The position numbers and the translations under genes are program-made. Below, piece after piece: positions 1 to 9,570 of a stretch of DNA of 64,000 nucleotides (position 1 is the stretch's first letter; the number at the start of each line of letters is the position of its first letter). Origin of the DNA: a virus; the IMG/VR virus record IMGVR_UViG_3300037418_004082. One strand, written 5' to 3'. The notes beneath the pieces are model-generated. The model was not told where the DNA came from. It saw nothing but the letters and a program-made list of their open reading frames with translations, and ran no database searches.

Positions 1-2
1 AC

Positions 3-137
3 GTCAGCGGCGCGGGCGAGGACAAGTACGGCGAAGGCCCTGACGAGGTGATCGTCGTGTCGGACCCCAACGCCGAGCCGAAGGTCTTCGTCTGGTCCGG
101 CCACGCCCAGGGCTCCGTCTACAAGCGGGTCTACTAG
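3..137 (+). CDS. 3' end of a hypothetical protein truncated by the window edge
   Basis: Open frame VSGAGEDKYGEGPDEVIVVS...KRVY to TAG at 135-137, GC3-rich codons. Confidence 0.6.
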   Translation, partial: VSGAGEDKYGEGPDEVIVVSDPNAEPKVFVWSGHAQGSVYKRVY

Positions 138-177
138 GCCAGATAATCGACGTTATGTCGAGAAAGAGGTAGTAAAA

Positions 178-699
178 ATGCAAAACGAACTCATCGAGAA
201 AGCGAAGTTCATCCTCGCGAACACGGACGATCAGCCCGATGTGGACGTCACCCCCGCGGACGCGCGGGCCTTGGCCGAGGCTGTGCTCGCGCACTTCGCG
301 CCCGCCAAGCCCCGGCTGGGCCGCGTGGGCATCGAGATCGCCTACACGGTGGACCTGGATGACGAGCGCCAGGTCGAGCGCGCCAAAGAGGCGGCCTACG
401 AAGACCTCCAGAACTACATCAAGCATGACGAGGTCGCGACGGCGGAGGTATTCAGCACCGAGCCCCTCTCGGCCGAGTCCATCCCAGAGTTCATCCTGCG
501 CGAGACCACGTGGCTTGACGCCGCGAAGGCTCACCTGCTGGAGCTGTGGCGCGGCGGACTCGACTTCGAGGACGAGGACGGAATGCAGGAGACGATCACA
601 AACGTCAAGGAGAAGCACGGTCTCGAAGACGACGACGAGCTGTGGCGCTACCTCGACGAGTTGATCGCCAAGCACGAGGAGGATAAGCGTGCAGAATAA
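178..699 (+). CDS. hypothetical acidic protein
   Basis: ATG after GAGGT RBS; phage-like codon usage; overlaps next gene. Confidence 0.75.
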   Translation: MQNELIEKAKFILANTDDQPDVDVTPADARALAEAVLAHFAPAKPRLGRVGIEIAYTVDLDDERQVERAKEAAYEDLQNYIKHDEVATAEVFSTEPLSAESIPEFILRETTWLDAAKAHLLELWRGGLDFEDEDGMQETITNVKEKHGLEDDDELWRYLDELIAKHEEDKRAE

Positions 700-1054
700 T
701 CGCTGCGGCGTGTGCAAGAACTGCAAGCAGGTCGAAAAGACGAAGGGCCATATGCTTGCCATCAGCGCGCAACACCAGCAGAACATTCATGACGGGCGTG
801 GTCACGACGACGGCACGGTGGCCGTGTGGAACGACACGTTGCGGGACTTCCCGTGCACGGGCAGCTTCACGTACGAGCCGGGCCGCAACATCTACAAGAA
901 CGGCGAGCCGTTCATCAGCGTCAACCGAACGGGCGAGACGACGCCCGAACACGCCGACGCGATGACGCGGCACCTCGTGGACCTGCTCAACGCCCATCCG
1001 GCCACGATGGAAGCCATCTTCGAGAAGCACCGGGAGGCCCTGCGCGATGCGTAA
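689..1054 (+). CDS. hypothetical protein with N-terminal CxxCxxC
   Basis: GTG start after GGAGG; overlaps flanking genes. Confidence 0.7.
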   Translation: MQNNRCGVCKNCKQVEKTKGHMLAISAQHQQNIHDGRGHDDGTVAVWNDTLRDFPCTGSFTYEPGRNIYKNGEPFISVNRTGETTPEHADAMTRHLVDLLNAHPATMEAIFEKHREALRDA

Positions 1055-1424
1055 GCAGTTGGTCTGCCCGCAGGGGTGCACCACCGGCATGTTCAGCGTC
1101 ACGGCCAACGTGCGCCGCGACCTGAACGCCGCCGGAGAGGAAGTAGGCCATGACTTCGAAGCCAGCATGGCCCAAGGCAAGCCCTGGTGTGGCTCCTGCC
1201 ACGCGGAGGCCGAGGTGCGTCAGTATCTGGAAGACGGCGACGCCATGTACGCAGTGGGCCGCGTCGAGTTCATCCTGGACTCGACCCAGAACGGTCACGA
1301 CCCGGCTGGCTTCCGCATCGGAAACTGGGGTGAGACGCACTTCGTGATTGACATCGGTGTCGATCGCGAAGACATTCGTCACGTGAAGAGCGACGACGCG
1401 GACCAGCTTTATTACGTGGAGTAG
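1047..1424 (+). CDS. hypothetical protein, possible Zn-binding (CPQGC, CGSC)
   Basis: ORF track; coupled start/stop with upstream gene. Confidence 0.7.
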   Translation: MRKQLVCPQGCTTGMFSVTANVRRDLNAAGEEVGHDFEASMAQGKPWCGSCHAEAEVRQYLEDGDAMYAVGRVEFILDSTQNGHDPAGFRIGNWGETHFVIDIGVDREDIRHVKSDDADQLYYVE

Positions 1425-1435
1425 CGAGGAGCACC

Positions 1436-1702
1436 ATGTCGAACAACTACTACCGCCTCGTCGGTGCCTGGCACAGCAACGACCGCCGCGTGGAGGCCGT
1501 TCCCGAAGAACAGAAGGACCGCTTCGGGAACCTGCACCGCTTCCACCAGACCGCGAACCAAGACCTGGATAACGAGGCCCTCAAGGAGATTCAGTTTCAT
1601 ATCGACGCGCTCGCGCGCATCAAGGCCACGCTGGAGAAGGGTCGCTACGACTATCGTGCCAACGAGTGCGGGCCTATACCGCGGCCGCCGGAGGACACGT
1701 AG
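1436..1702 (+). CDS. hypothetical protein
   Basis: GAGGAG RBS, ATG, 88 aa. Confidence 0.75.
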   Translation: MSNNYYRLVGAWHSNDRRVEAVPEEQKDRFGNLHRFHQTANQDLDNEALKEIQFHIDALARIKATLEKGRYDYRANECGPIPRPPEDT

Positions 1703-2134
1703 ATGCAACGCTACGTTGCGGGCTTCCTGTTCAGCGAGAACGGGTCGTCGGTCGCGCTCGTGCTCAAGAGACGACCATCGTGGCAGGCTGGCAAGCTCAA
1801 CGGGATCGGCGGCAAGGTCGAGGAGGGTGAGAGCGTACCGTCCGCCATGGAGCGGGAGTTCCGCGAAGAGGCTGGTGTAGATTTCTACGGCTGGGTGCCG
1901 TTCGTGCGGCTGTGGCGTGCCGACACGTGGGAAGTCTTCTTTTACGTTGGCCGGTCACAAGTGATCGAGGCCGTCCGCACGATGACTGACGAACCCATCG
2001 TGGTCGTGGACACGGACCTCGTGTGCTTGCGTAACGACATAGTCCCCAACCTCAAGTGGCTCATCCCCATGGCGCTCAACGAGCACGTGGCGAAGGGTAC
2101 GTTCATTGACGTTGAAGACGTCGGCGGGTACTAG
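1703..2134 (+). CDS. Nudix hydrolase
   Basis: Nudix box GGKVEEGESVPSAMEREFREEAGV. Confidence 0.92.
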   Translation: MQRYVAGFLFSENGSSVALVLKRRPSWQAGKLNGIGGKVEEGESVPSAMEREFREEAGVDFYGWVPFVRLWRADTWEVFFYVGRSQVIEAVRTMTDEPIVVVDTDLVCLRNDIVPNLKWLIPMALNEHVAKGTFIDVEDVGGY

Positions 2135-2135
2135 C

Positions 2136-2462
2136 GTGGAAGATGCTTCGGACTTCATCTTCACGCCAGAAGACGACGTGCGTGACGCCTGGCACGTCGT
2201 TGACCGGATGCTCGACAAAGGGCGCATGACACGCGATCAGGCGATGAGCCTTTTCGGCCTCAAGCGCGTGCTGGCCGACGGCACGGTGGCAATGAGCGGT
2301 CAACGTGTGGCCGCTCGTCAAATGCCGGGACGAGCTGGTGTGCTTCGTCAAATCACTCATCACTGTTACAGCGATCGTCGCAAAAACCACTACACCATAG
2401 GCATCCGTTTTGAGGACGGATACTTCGACGAGTACCTGCCGGACGATGTAGTCTGGCTTTAG
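2136..2462 (+). CDS. hypothetical protein
   Basis: In-frame GTG at 2136 just after the Nudix stop; ORF track lists 2106-2462. Confidence 0.55.
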   Translation: MEDASDFIFTPEDDVRDAWHVVDRMLDKGRMTRDQAMSLFGLKRVLADGTVAMSGQRVAARQMPGRAGVLRQITHHCYSDRRKNHYTIGIRFEDGYFDEYLPDDVVWL

Positions 2463-2475
2463 ATAGGAGTATCAC

Positions 2476-2886
2476 GTGGATAAAAATTTCGTCACGTTGG
2501 AGCAGCACCTGTGTCAGGTGTGTGCGCGTAAGTTCGACACGAACAATTTGTTGATCAACACGCGAATGAAGGCCGTGTTCGACAAGTACACGCTCACGGG
2601 CTACGGCCTGTGCCAGGAGTGCCAGAAGCACTACGACAATGGGTTCGTCGCCATCGTCGGTGTGGACCCGAACAAGAGCGGCACGCGCAACGACACCCTC
2701 AAGCTGGAGGACGCGTACCGCACCGGGCGGATCGCCCACGTGCGCCGTACGGCGGCCCGCCAGGTGTTCGACGTGATTATCCCGGACGACATGGTCATGA
2801 TGTTCGCCGACGACGCCGTCATCGACGTGCTGAAGTCGATGGTGGAGGGCGCGGATACCCAGCAGGTCGAAGGGCAGAGCGAATGA
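2476..2886 (+). CDS. hypothetical phage protein with two CxxC motifs
   Basis: AGGAG RBS; CQVC and CQEC. Confidence 0.75.
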   Translation: MDKNFVTLEQHLCQVCARKFDTNNLLINTRMKAVFDKYTLTGYGLCQECQKHYDNGFVAIVGVDPNKSGTRNDTLKLEDAYRTGRIAHVRRTAARQVFDVIIPDDMVMMFADDAVIDVLKSMVEGADTQQVEGQSE

Positions 2887-3122
2887 ATCGCTTCAAGATT
2901 CCCGTCGAGATCGAGACCGACACGACAGGTATGACGGCCAAGGTCATACTGGAGCGCATCATCGAACTCGGCGTCGAGGCTTACAAGGAGAAGGGCATCA
3001 TGTCGTCGTACGAACTGGGCACGATCGACGTGTTGCCCGTCGGAGATCGTATTGAAGCCCTTCACTATGAATCGGTCAAGATGACGTCGTCGGACTGGAA
3101 TCTGACGAACGATCACGGATAA
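2883..3122 (+). CDS. hypothetical protein
   Basis: ATGA overlap with upstream stop; MNRFKIPVEIET... Confidence 0.65.
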   Translation: MNRFKIPVEIETDTTGMTAKVILERIIELGVEAYKEKGIMSSYELGTIDVLPVGDRIEALHYESVKMTSSDWNLTNDHG

Positions 3123-3135
3123 GGAGTCGAACACG

Positions 3136-3561
3136 ATGACGGAAAAGAACTTGGAAAACATGAACCCACGTGAGCTGTTCGAGCATTTCACGGAAGACCT
3201 GGCGCATATCATGCGTGGTGTTGCCACCGACGCCTGCCTTGGCATCGTTCGGCCGGAAGACCTCGTGTACGCTAAACTGATGATTGGCGGACTCCTGGGC
3301 GCGGCCACCGACCTGCACAAGACCGGCGAGTTCACGCCCCAGCCGTCGGCCGACCACGAACTGGATGACGACCAGTTCGACGAGATCCGCATGCTGTGCC
3401 GCCACCTGACGAGCGATGGCAAGGCCACCCTGCTGGGCGAGACCTACGCGCTGGACGAGCTGCAGATGCGGTACGTGGCGGCATGTGCTGGCCGGGGCTT
3501 CACGCCGGAGCCGGAAGCGCTGCAGGAACGCAAGGCCGGCGGCAAGCGGAGGAGGAAGTAG
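3136..3561 (+). CDS. hypothetical protein
   Basis: AAGGAG RBS, ATG. Confidence 0.75.
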   Translation: MTEKNLENMNPRELFEHFTEDLAHIMRGVATDACLGIVRPEDLVYAKLMIGGLLGAATDLHKTGEFTPQPSADHELDDDQFDEIRMLCRHLTSDGKATLLGETYALDELQMRYVAACAGRGFTPEPEALQERKAGGKRRRK

Positions 3562-3563
3562 CC

Positions 3564-3725
3564 ATGGGCGAGCGCACCTACTTCGGGGTAGCCCTCGAAC
3601 CGGCCAACGAACGCGCCCGCGCGTGTGGTGTCCGCTGGGAGGCTCGCATCGGCAACGGCAAGCGCTTGTGCGCCGACACGCTGCGCGGCATCAAGCAGCT
3701 CGTGAAGAAGGAGTTGGGTCGATGA
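3564..3725 (+). CDS. small hypothetical protein
   Basis: GGAGG RBS; MGERTYFGV...; 53 aa. Confidence 0.6.
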   Translation: MGERTYFGVALEPANERARACGVRWEARIGNGKRLCADTLRGIKQLVKKELGR

Positions 3726-4156
3726 AACTGCCCCCTATCATCGAGATCGGTGTGGCCGCCAACGATCGCAGCGACGACGCGCGCTGGCGGCTTAACTGGC
3801 TGATCGGCCTGTGGTTCGGCTGGACCTGGAGCCGCGACACCAACGAGTGGCTGTCGCCCGACGGAGACATCCACAAGCAGATGCCGGACTTCGTTCAGCA
3901 GCTCTCCACGTCGTACAACCTGTCGGCCACCGTCTACAAGCCAGGTACGCGTGTGCTCCTGGTACAGCTCGATGATGACGACCTGGACGACGGCCTGTGT
4001 CCCATCAAGCCTGGTGACGAGGGCGTGGTCTACGAGGACCGCGAGCAACTCAACGGTCCCGGCATCGCCGTGAAGTGGTTCATCGACGGCCGCGAGCAGT
4101 TGACGGCATGGACCGTGCCCGCGGAGTGCTTGGCCTTGGTCAGGAGAGTGGCATGA
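3722..4156 (+). CDS. hypothetical protein
   Basis: ATGA overlap; MKLPPIIEIG... Confidence 0.7.
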   Translation: MKLPPIIEIGVAANDRSDDARWRLNWLIGLWFGWTWSRDTNEWLSPDGDIHKQMPDFVQQLSTSYNLSATVYKPGTRVLLVQLDDDDLDDGLCPIKPGDEGVVYEDREQLNGPGIAVKWFIDGREQLTAWTVPAECLALVRRVA

Positions 4157-4473
4157 AGGTTAAGATTCTCGGTTGGGCCGAAGCCAAAGAGATGAAGCGC
4201 TTCGGGGACCCCAACGGCATAGCTCACCTGCAGGTGGTGGACGACGGCACCAACCTGGCGCGCTCCGCTTGCGGCACCACGGTGCCTACTTTCGGCCTGG
4301 TCACCAAGGAGCCGCGCCTGGGCGTCAGAAAGTGCGAGCGCTGCGAGGCCGCTCGTATCTGCACGAAGTGCGGCACGACCAAGAAGGTGGTCAGCGGCGA
4401 GGGGCCGCGTACCGGTAAGTACAAGCTCTGTTCGGACTGCTTCAAGCAGTTCATGGCGGAGCTGCCGCGATGA
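4153..4473 (+). CDS. hypothetical Cys-rich (Zn-finger-like) protein
   Basis: AGGAG RBS, ATGA overlap; CERC, CTKC, CSDC. Confidence 0.7.
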   Translation: MKVKILGWAEAKEMKRFGDPNGIAHLQVVDDGTNLARSACGTTVPTFGLVTKEPRLGVRKCERCEAARICTKCGTTKKVVSGEGPRTGKYKLCSDCFKQFMAELPR

Positions 4474-4787
4474 CATACCGGCCCACATATGACCGCCTCA
4501 TCAAGCAGCACGAGCCTCAACTGATCGAAGACGAGTGGTTGCAAGACCACGTCGAACCCAAGCGCTTCCTCGTGCTCTACAACGTGGTGCACGACCCCAA
4601 CAACCCGGGCACGGACTTCGAAGAAGACCCCATGCACACCCAGGACGTGTCCACGCCCGCGGAGTTCTGGGAGATCGTTCGCACGGGCGAGCACATGGTG
4701 CCCGCCGAAGATCGGGGCTGGACCCGCGTGCACTTCGCCTACGACCTCGCCACCGGCACCCTGGTGACACCGGTGTTTTCAGGATAA
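4470..4787 (+). CDS. hypothetical protein
   Basis: ATGA overlap, 105 aa. Confidence 0.7.
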   Translation: MTYRPTYDRLIKQHEPQLIEDEWLQDHVEPKRFLVLYNVVHDPNNPGTDFEEDPMHTQDVSTPAEFWEIVRTGEHMVPAEDRGWTRVHFAYDLATGTLVTPVFSG

Positions 4788-4831
4788 TCTCTATTATCTG
4801 CTCGCCTGGTATACAAGGAGTAAACAAGCCA

Positions 4832-5209
4832 ATGAGCCTCATGCACAAGTTGAGCCTGCAGACCATGCAGGAGAAGATTCTCACGGCCCTTCACAACATC
4901 GCCGTCAAGCACGATTGCGAACTGCTGTGGCCGTACCGTCTTGACATCGGACGGCCGCCCGTGAGCGGCAAGATCACCGTGCAACCTGTTGGTCAGTTGC
5001 GCACGGTCGCCACGATCGAGTACAAGATCGGCGAAACTGACGTGTACCTTCACGTGTCGGGACCTAGCGACAAGTACCCGGAGGGTAAGTTGGTGTACAA
5101 GAACACGGTGCCGTACACCAACAACATGGAGATGGGCAAGGCTCTTTCGTTCTTTGACGAGCACCTCATCTCGTTGTTGGTGACCCCATTCGAGCCCAAG
5201 TCGGAGTAG
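4832..5209 (+). CDS. hypothetical protein
   Basis: AAGGAG RBS; MSLMHKLSLQ... Confidence 0.7.
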   Translation: MSLMHKLSLQTMQEKILTALHNIAVKHDCELLWPYRLDIGRPPVSGKITVQPVGQLRTVATIEYKIGETDVYLHVSGPSDKYPEGKLVYKNTVPYTNNMEMGKALSFFDEHLISLLVTPFEPKSE

Positions 5210-5212
5210 GGC

Positions 5213-5722
5213 GTGCCTGCACATCCTCCTCTCGTTCCGCCCGGTCACGACGACCCGTCGGGACGACGCCTGTGGGAGTGGTTCCAGCCCTTCTGCATGT
5301 ACGAGCTGATCATCCGGCGCAACCGCCCCGACCGACCGAAGCCAGCGGACGGGTGGCTCACCGCGTCGCCGGAGATCATGCTCTTCGACGTCGTCTACCA
5401 CATGGGCAAGTTGACCAAGGCCGCCTTTGACGGCAACTGGCACGAGGTCATCCGGCAGTGCGCGAACTGTGCCAACGAGTTCGCGATGATCGCGGACATC
5501 GCGGAACACATCCTCAACGGCCCCAACGAGCCGATGCTGGGTGGCGACCGCGCACTGCCGCCCGACCAGGTAGCGGAACGCAAGCCTGGTGGCTGGTTGG
5601 TCGAGCCCGACGCCGCGAGCCCGGAGCCCGATTCCACGCAACCCGTGATGCAGCAGCCGCCCATCCCGGGTGCCTCACCGGCGCCCGCTCCCAGCCAGAT
5701 TCCTACCTGGCACCTGACTTGA
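5213..5722 (+). CDS. hypothetical protein, possible degenerate MazG-like helical domain plus Pro-rich tail
   Basis: EVIRQCANCANEFAMIAD resembles the EAADVANFAMMIAD phage motif. Confidence 0.4.
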   Translation: MPAHPPLVPPGHDDPSGRRLWEWFQPFCMYELIIRRNRPDRPKPADGWLTASPEIMLFDVVYHMGKLTKAAFDGNWHEVIRQCANCANEFAMIADIAEHILNGPNEPMLGGDRALPPDQVAERKPGGWLVEPDAASPEPDSTQPVMQQPPIPGASPAPAPSQIPTWHLT

Positions 5723-5724
5723 CC

Positions 5725-5946
5725 ATGTACATCAAGACCAACGTGGTCGGCAAGGATCGCGAGATTCTTGTCACGGACATTCACGGTAACTGGCACGTGG
5801 TTCACGTGCTGCCAGATGGTGCGGACTTACACCAATTCGCAATCGACCGCGCTATCACACGCTTTTTCGATCAATCGTCGTGGGAGTACATCAAAACGGA
5901 TGGTGCTCCAGACTCCCTGTCACCCACTATCAACAAAGGAGAGTAA
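5725..5946 (+). CDS. hypothetical protein
   Basis: ATG after upstream stop; MYIKTNVVGKD... Confidence 0.6.
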   Translation: MYIKTNVVGKDREILVTDIHGNWHVVHVLPDGADLHQFAIDRAITRFFDQSSWEYIKTDGAPDSLSPTINKGE

Positions 5947-5949
5947 GGT

Positions 5950-6840
5950 ATGCCTTACAGCGAAAAGGTTTCCGAGCAGATCATCGGCACGTTCATGGTG
6001 CGCAGCACGTTGCACATTGACGAAGACGTCGAAGATCCCATGACGTTCAGCGACTGCAACGGCACGCTCCATCGGTTCGAGCGTGGCGGGTACGGTCACA
6101 ACGACCAGATTCACGAAACCTACAAGGACGACCCGTTCGCCCTGCGCATCCAGCGGTTCGAGCACGGTAACGTGGTGTACTCGCTGGCCGGCGAGGGCCC
6201 GCAGTGCGAGTTCGACACCACCAAGTACGCGGGCTACTGGGTCTGCGATGGGAACTGCCGCGCAAACTACGATTCCGTGCTCGCGGAGAAGGGGTTGTTC
6301 GAGGCGCAGAAGTGGCTGCGCGAGGCGGGTCGCACCATCCTGGAGGAGTTCACCTCCTGGGCCAACGGAGACTGCTGGAGCACCGACGTCCAGGTCTTCG
6401 AGAACGGCGAAGAGCTGGAGGAACTGCGGGACCAGTGCGGCGGCTACGTCGGCCGCTCCTACGCCGAAACGTGCCTCAAGGAGTCGGCCGACGTGGTCAC
6501 CAAGCAAGTCGAGGCGATGATCGCCCGCCGGCTCGCCCGCCTCAAGCACTGGCTCGCCAAACACGGAATCTACACGGTCAGCGACCACGATGTGGAGCCG
6601 GTGCGGCGCTACCTCTACACGATCAAGGCCCGGGAGATGACCTTCGGGCCCCAGTATCGGTATGGCAACCAGGACACGGCAGAGCAGTGCCTGGCCATGT
6701 GCAACATGAACCAGCAGGACCAGCTCGTGCAGCTCGTGGACCTGGACGGCAAGGGGCCCGACGGATACGGCGCGCCCGTACCCTTCCAGATCGGCTACAC
6801 GCTGGCCGTGCGGTCGGAGGCGGTGCAGTCGTCGTGCTAA
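5950..6840 (+). CDS. hypothetical phage protein
   Basis: AAGGAG RBS; 296 aa; strong GC3 bias. Confidence 0.8.
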   Translation: MPYSEKVSEQIIGTFMVRSTLHIDEDVEDPMTFSDCNGTLHRFERGGYGHNDQIHETYKDDPFALRIQRFEHGNVVYSLAGEGPQCEFDTTKYAGYWVCDGNCRANYDSVLAEKGLFEAQKWLREAGRTILEEFTSWANGDCWSTDVQVFENGEELEELRDQCGGYVGRSYAETCLKESADVVTKQVEAMIARRLARLKHWLAKHGIYTVSDHDVEPVRRYLYTIKAREMTFGPQYRYGNQDTAEQCLAMCNMNQQDQLVQLVDLDGKGPDGYGAPVPFQIGYTLAVRSEAVQSSC

Positions 6841-7094
6841 TTCACCGCCCTGGTCCCCAGCGGGACTCCAACGACCCGGCCACGAAAGCCATCTACCGCG
6901 CCTGGGACAACCCGGGCGTGATCGTCAAGGCGCTTGTCATCTGTCAAGAGCGTCGGTTCCTACGACCTGTCGGAACGGATGTCGTGAACGAGCTGGCGTA
7001 CAACTTCCGTTCGTTCGATTGGTCACCGATTCACACCTACAAGGTCACGCCGGATGACGTGATCGAATACGTGAAGATGGAGCGTAACAAGTGA
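6834..7094 (+). CDS. hypothetical protein
   Basis: GTG overlapping upstream stop after GGAGG; GTGA overlap downstream. Confidence 0.55.
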   Translation: MLIHRPGPQRDSNDPATKAIYRAWDNPGVIVKALVICQERRFLRPVGTDVVNELAYNFRSFDWSPIHTYKVTPDDVIEYVKMERNK

Positions 7095-7606
7095 GCTTGA
7101 CGTATCTCGAAGAGATGAAGCACCAGGCAGAGCGCCTGGAGGCCGAAGGTTTCACGGTCAAGATGACGGAGTTGTTCACCAAGCGCATCGAAGAGCTTGG
7201 TCGCGCTCCCGACGACTGGGACTTCGCCGACTGCTCCGACCATCTGCTGATCGAGGTGTCGCGCGGCGACCTCTCGATCTTGGCCTACTCAAGCGGCGAG
7301 CGCCACCTGGCCATGCACGAGCTGCTGGGACCGAACAGCGCTGCGGAGGTCGGCGAGTGGCGCAACGACCGTATCCCGGAAGCGGAGTTGGCGCTCTTCC
7401 GCCACTTCGGCGACGGCGTCGAGTTCGAGCTGCTGGGCGCCCGCAAGTTCCAGTTCACGGTGCACCTCAACGGCTGGTTCGAGCACTTCCGTTTCGACCG
7501 CAACGAGCAGGCCAACGACGGCGTGGTGAACGACGCCTGCCCTACGCCGAACCTGCTCGCCGACGAGATCATCGCGTGGGAAAACGAAGAGAAGGAGAAC
7601 GTCTAA
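7091..7606 (+). CDS. hypothetical acidic protein
   Basis: GTGA overlap; 171 aa. Confidence 0.75.
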   Translation: MSLTYLEEMKHQAERLEAEGFTVKMTELFTKRIEELGRAPDDWDFADCSDHLLIEVSRGDLSILAYSSGERHLAMHELLGPNSAAEVGEWRNDRIPEAELALFRHFGDGVEFELLGARKFQFTVHLNGWFEHFRFDRNEQANDGVVNDACPTPNLLADEIIAWENEEKENV

Positions 7607-7608
7607 CG

Positions 7609-8028
7609 ATGCCCCTTTACATCTACACCGAAAAGTGTCGTGACGAGCACGAGCTGAAGGGTCCCCAGTTCACGGCCGGCGAGTTCCCCGGCTTCTCGCC
7701 GCTCGTGCAGACGATGACCCTGCTGTCGATGACGGCGGGTCTGTACGAGCTGACGACGAAGAACGTGGACGAGTGGATCTTCCGCGCCAAGGTGCTCGCG
7801 GACACGGGTCTGCGGCTCGTGTGCCGGCGTGAAGGCGACGACCGTCCCGACCACATCACCCGCCAGGAGATCGAGCGCCTGGTGGGCTTCCGCACCAACG
7901 CCAGCTCGATGAGCCGCGCGGAGTTCAAGAAGAACGTGTGGCTGCACCTGGAGCGCGAGGCGAACGCCTACGTGCGGCGTTCGAAGGAAGACGCGCCGCC
8001 CGCGAGCCTGGCCCCGGCCCTGAAGTAG
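7609..8028 (+). CDS. hypothetical protein
   Basis: AAGGAG RBS; MPLYIYTEK... Confidence 0.75.
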   Translation: MPLYIYTEKCRDEHELKGPQFTAGEFPGFSPLVQTMTLLSMTAGLYELTTKNVDEWIFRAKVLADTGLRLVCRREGDDRPDHITRQEIERLVGFRTNASSMSRAEFKKNVWLHLEREANAYVRRSKEDAPPASLAPALK

Positions 8029-8042
8029 AGGAGACCATAACC

Positions 8043-8441
8043 ATGGTAGACATCGGCATCACCGTTCGCAACGCCATCCGAGCCCTGCAGCGCCCGGACA
8101 CCACCATGTCCGCAGACGCGAAGCGCTCGCTGGAGGACATGCTGCGCCTGATCGCGCAGCAGAACCCCACCGATCAGGAGATCCAGGACGCCATCGACGC
8201 CTACCTGGAGCCGCCTCGACCCGTAAAATTCGTCGTCGAGTTCACCGCGATGGTGCCGAACGGCGACTTGAGCAAGGCCGACTGGCTTCGCAAGGACCTG
8301 GCCATGAAGCTCAACACCCACATGGAGACCGGTGCCCCCGCGGCCCCCACGATCGACGTGCTGGGGGAGCTGCGCGCCCAGGACCTGGAGCTTACCCGGA
8401 TCCGCGTGACCGAGAGCATGGTGGTCGAAGATGCCCGCTAG
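8043..8441 (+). CDS. hypothetical protein
   Basis: GAGGAG RBS; MVDIGITV... Confidence 0.75.
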   Translation: MVDIGITVRNAIRALQRPDTTMSADAKRSLEDMLRLIAQQNPTDQEIQDAIDAYLEPPRPVKFVVEFTAMVPNGDLSKADWLRKDLAMKLNTHMETGAPAAPTIDVLGELRAQDLELTRIRVTESMVVEDAR

Positions 8442-8682
8442 GGGCCATTCGCCACGCACCATCCTTGGTTGTCGCCGCGAGCCCGAACCCGACGAAGCGG
8501 CCCGCGGCGCGGAGGTGGTCTTCGTGCGGCTCGACCACAACGGCAACGAGGTCAACATCCTGGCCTTCCTCACGGAGGACGGCCAGTATTCCCAGTACGG
8601 CGCAGACGCCGACACGTTGTGGGACAACGTGCCCGACGTCGAAGAGTGGCGTGAAGAACGCCTAGAGGAGTTGGCACCTTGA
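8431..8682 (+). CDS. hypothetical protein
   Basis: Overlaps both neighbours; 83 aa. Confidence 0.6.
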   Translation: MPARGHSPRTILGCRREPEPDEAARGAEVVFVRLDHNGNEVNILAFLTEDGQYSQYGADADTLWDNVPDVEEWREERLEELAP

Positions 8683-9089
8683 CACGTTTGATGACACACA
8701 ATACCGATACCGCGCACATCACTGACGAACACGGCTCGCTCTGCCGCCGCTTCGACACGAGTGGGCGATGGGTCAAGCCCAATGAACGTGAAGGTGTACA
8801 TTACAACATTTGTAAGGCGTGCGAGAAAGCTAACGACAAGGAGACGAAGCGCCGCGAGGAGCGAGACCACCAAGTCAAAGCCGATCGCGAAATCGTCGGT
8901 GACGACCACCATCGGTTGGCGAGACTTGCCAACGCCTACCTCGACGCAATCGACGAGAAGGACGATAGCCCTTCGATTCGCCTCACGCGATCGGAGCGTG
9001 CCATCGCCGTCGCGGAGTTCCTGCAGTTCGCTTTGGGCTTCGAGATATACGTCAACGAGCCAAAGAACGGTCCGGCCACGTTGTCCTAG
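8679..9089 (+). CDS. hypothetical protein
   Basis: TTGA overlap after GAGGAG; last gene before AT-richer intergenic region. Confidence 0.65.
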   Translation: MTRLMTHNTDTAHITDEHGSLCRRFDTSGRWVKPNEREGVHYNICKACEKANDKETKRREERDHQVKADREIVGDDHHRLARLANAYLDAIDEKDDSPSIRLTRSERAIAVAEFLQFALGFEIYVNEPKNGPATLS

Positions 9090-9141
9090 CGGTATGACAT
9101 CTCGCGCACAGCGCCATTTTTGTGCCGTTTTGTAAACAAGC

Positions 9142-9169
9142 TTGACGAATTGTGGTTGTCTGTTACAAT
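9142..9169 (+). promoter_or_regulatory. sigma70/sigmaA-type promoter
   Basis: TTGACG (9142-9147), 16-bp spacer, TGn-TACAAT extended -10 (9161-9169). Confidence 0.7.
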
Positions 9170-9264
9170 CGGTGTTAACCTTTATAAATGCCTCCGACGC
9201 AGGGTGTTCGAAACCCATCAAACGAACATCGGATGTTAGAGGCAATCTGAAAAGGATAGAACCA

Positions 9265-9447
9265 TTGCTACGTCAACCACACCGTCGGGTCACGTACACG
9301 CGAATCACAACGAAGCAAGTGATCACGCAGCGCCCCGCGGACGACGACCGACCAATACCGACATCACTATTCCGTTCCATCACCGATTACGCACGCACCG
9401 AGTTTGTCGAATTAGACGACGCCGTCCGACGGTACTTCGGCACGTGA
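9265..9447 (+). CDS. possible small protein (60 aa)
   Basis: TTG after AAAGGA; atypical codon usage; could instead be an untranslated leader. Confidence 0.3.
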   Translation: MLRQPHRRVTYTRITTKQVITQRPADDDRPIPTSLFRSITDYARTEFVELDDAVRRYFGT

Positions 9448-9465
9448 AACAACAAGCGTGACGTG

Positions 9466-9474
9466 TGGTACAAT
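9466..9474 (+). promoter_or_regulatory. possible extended -10 element upstream of the spoVS-like gene
   Basis: TGG-TACAAT; no clear -35. Confidence 0.35.
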
Positions 9475-9570
9475 GTAGTCACAACGACCACCGCCACGAC
9501 GCGCCACCGAAGTCACACAGCACGATCAATCGGTTACCTGTTGGATCACCTTCAAGAAGAGGAGCGTCAC

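Noticed and set aside
9437-9451. parS-like CACGTGAAACA
   Set aside because: Only the right part matches, and CACGTG is very common in this sequence.
9090-9570. tRNA or other known ncRNA in intergenic regions (also 46059-47529, 53330-53520, 56662-56856)
   Set aside because: No cloverleaf, T-loop/CCA or known riboswitch pattern found by eye.
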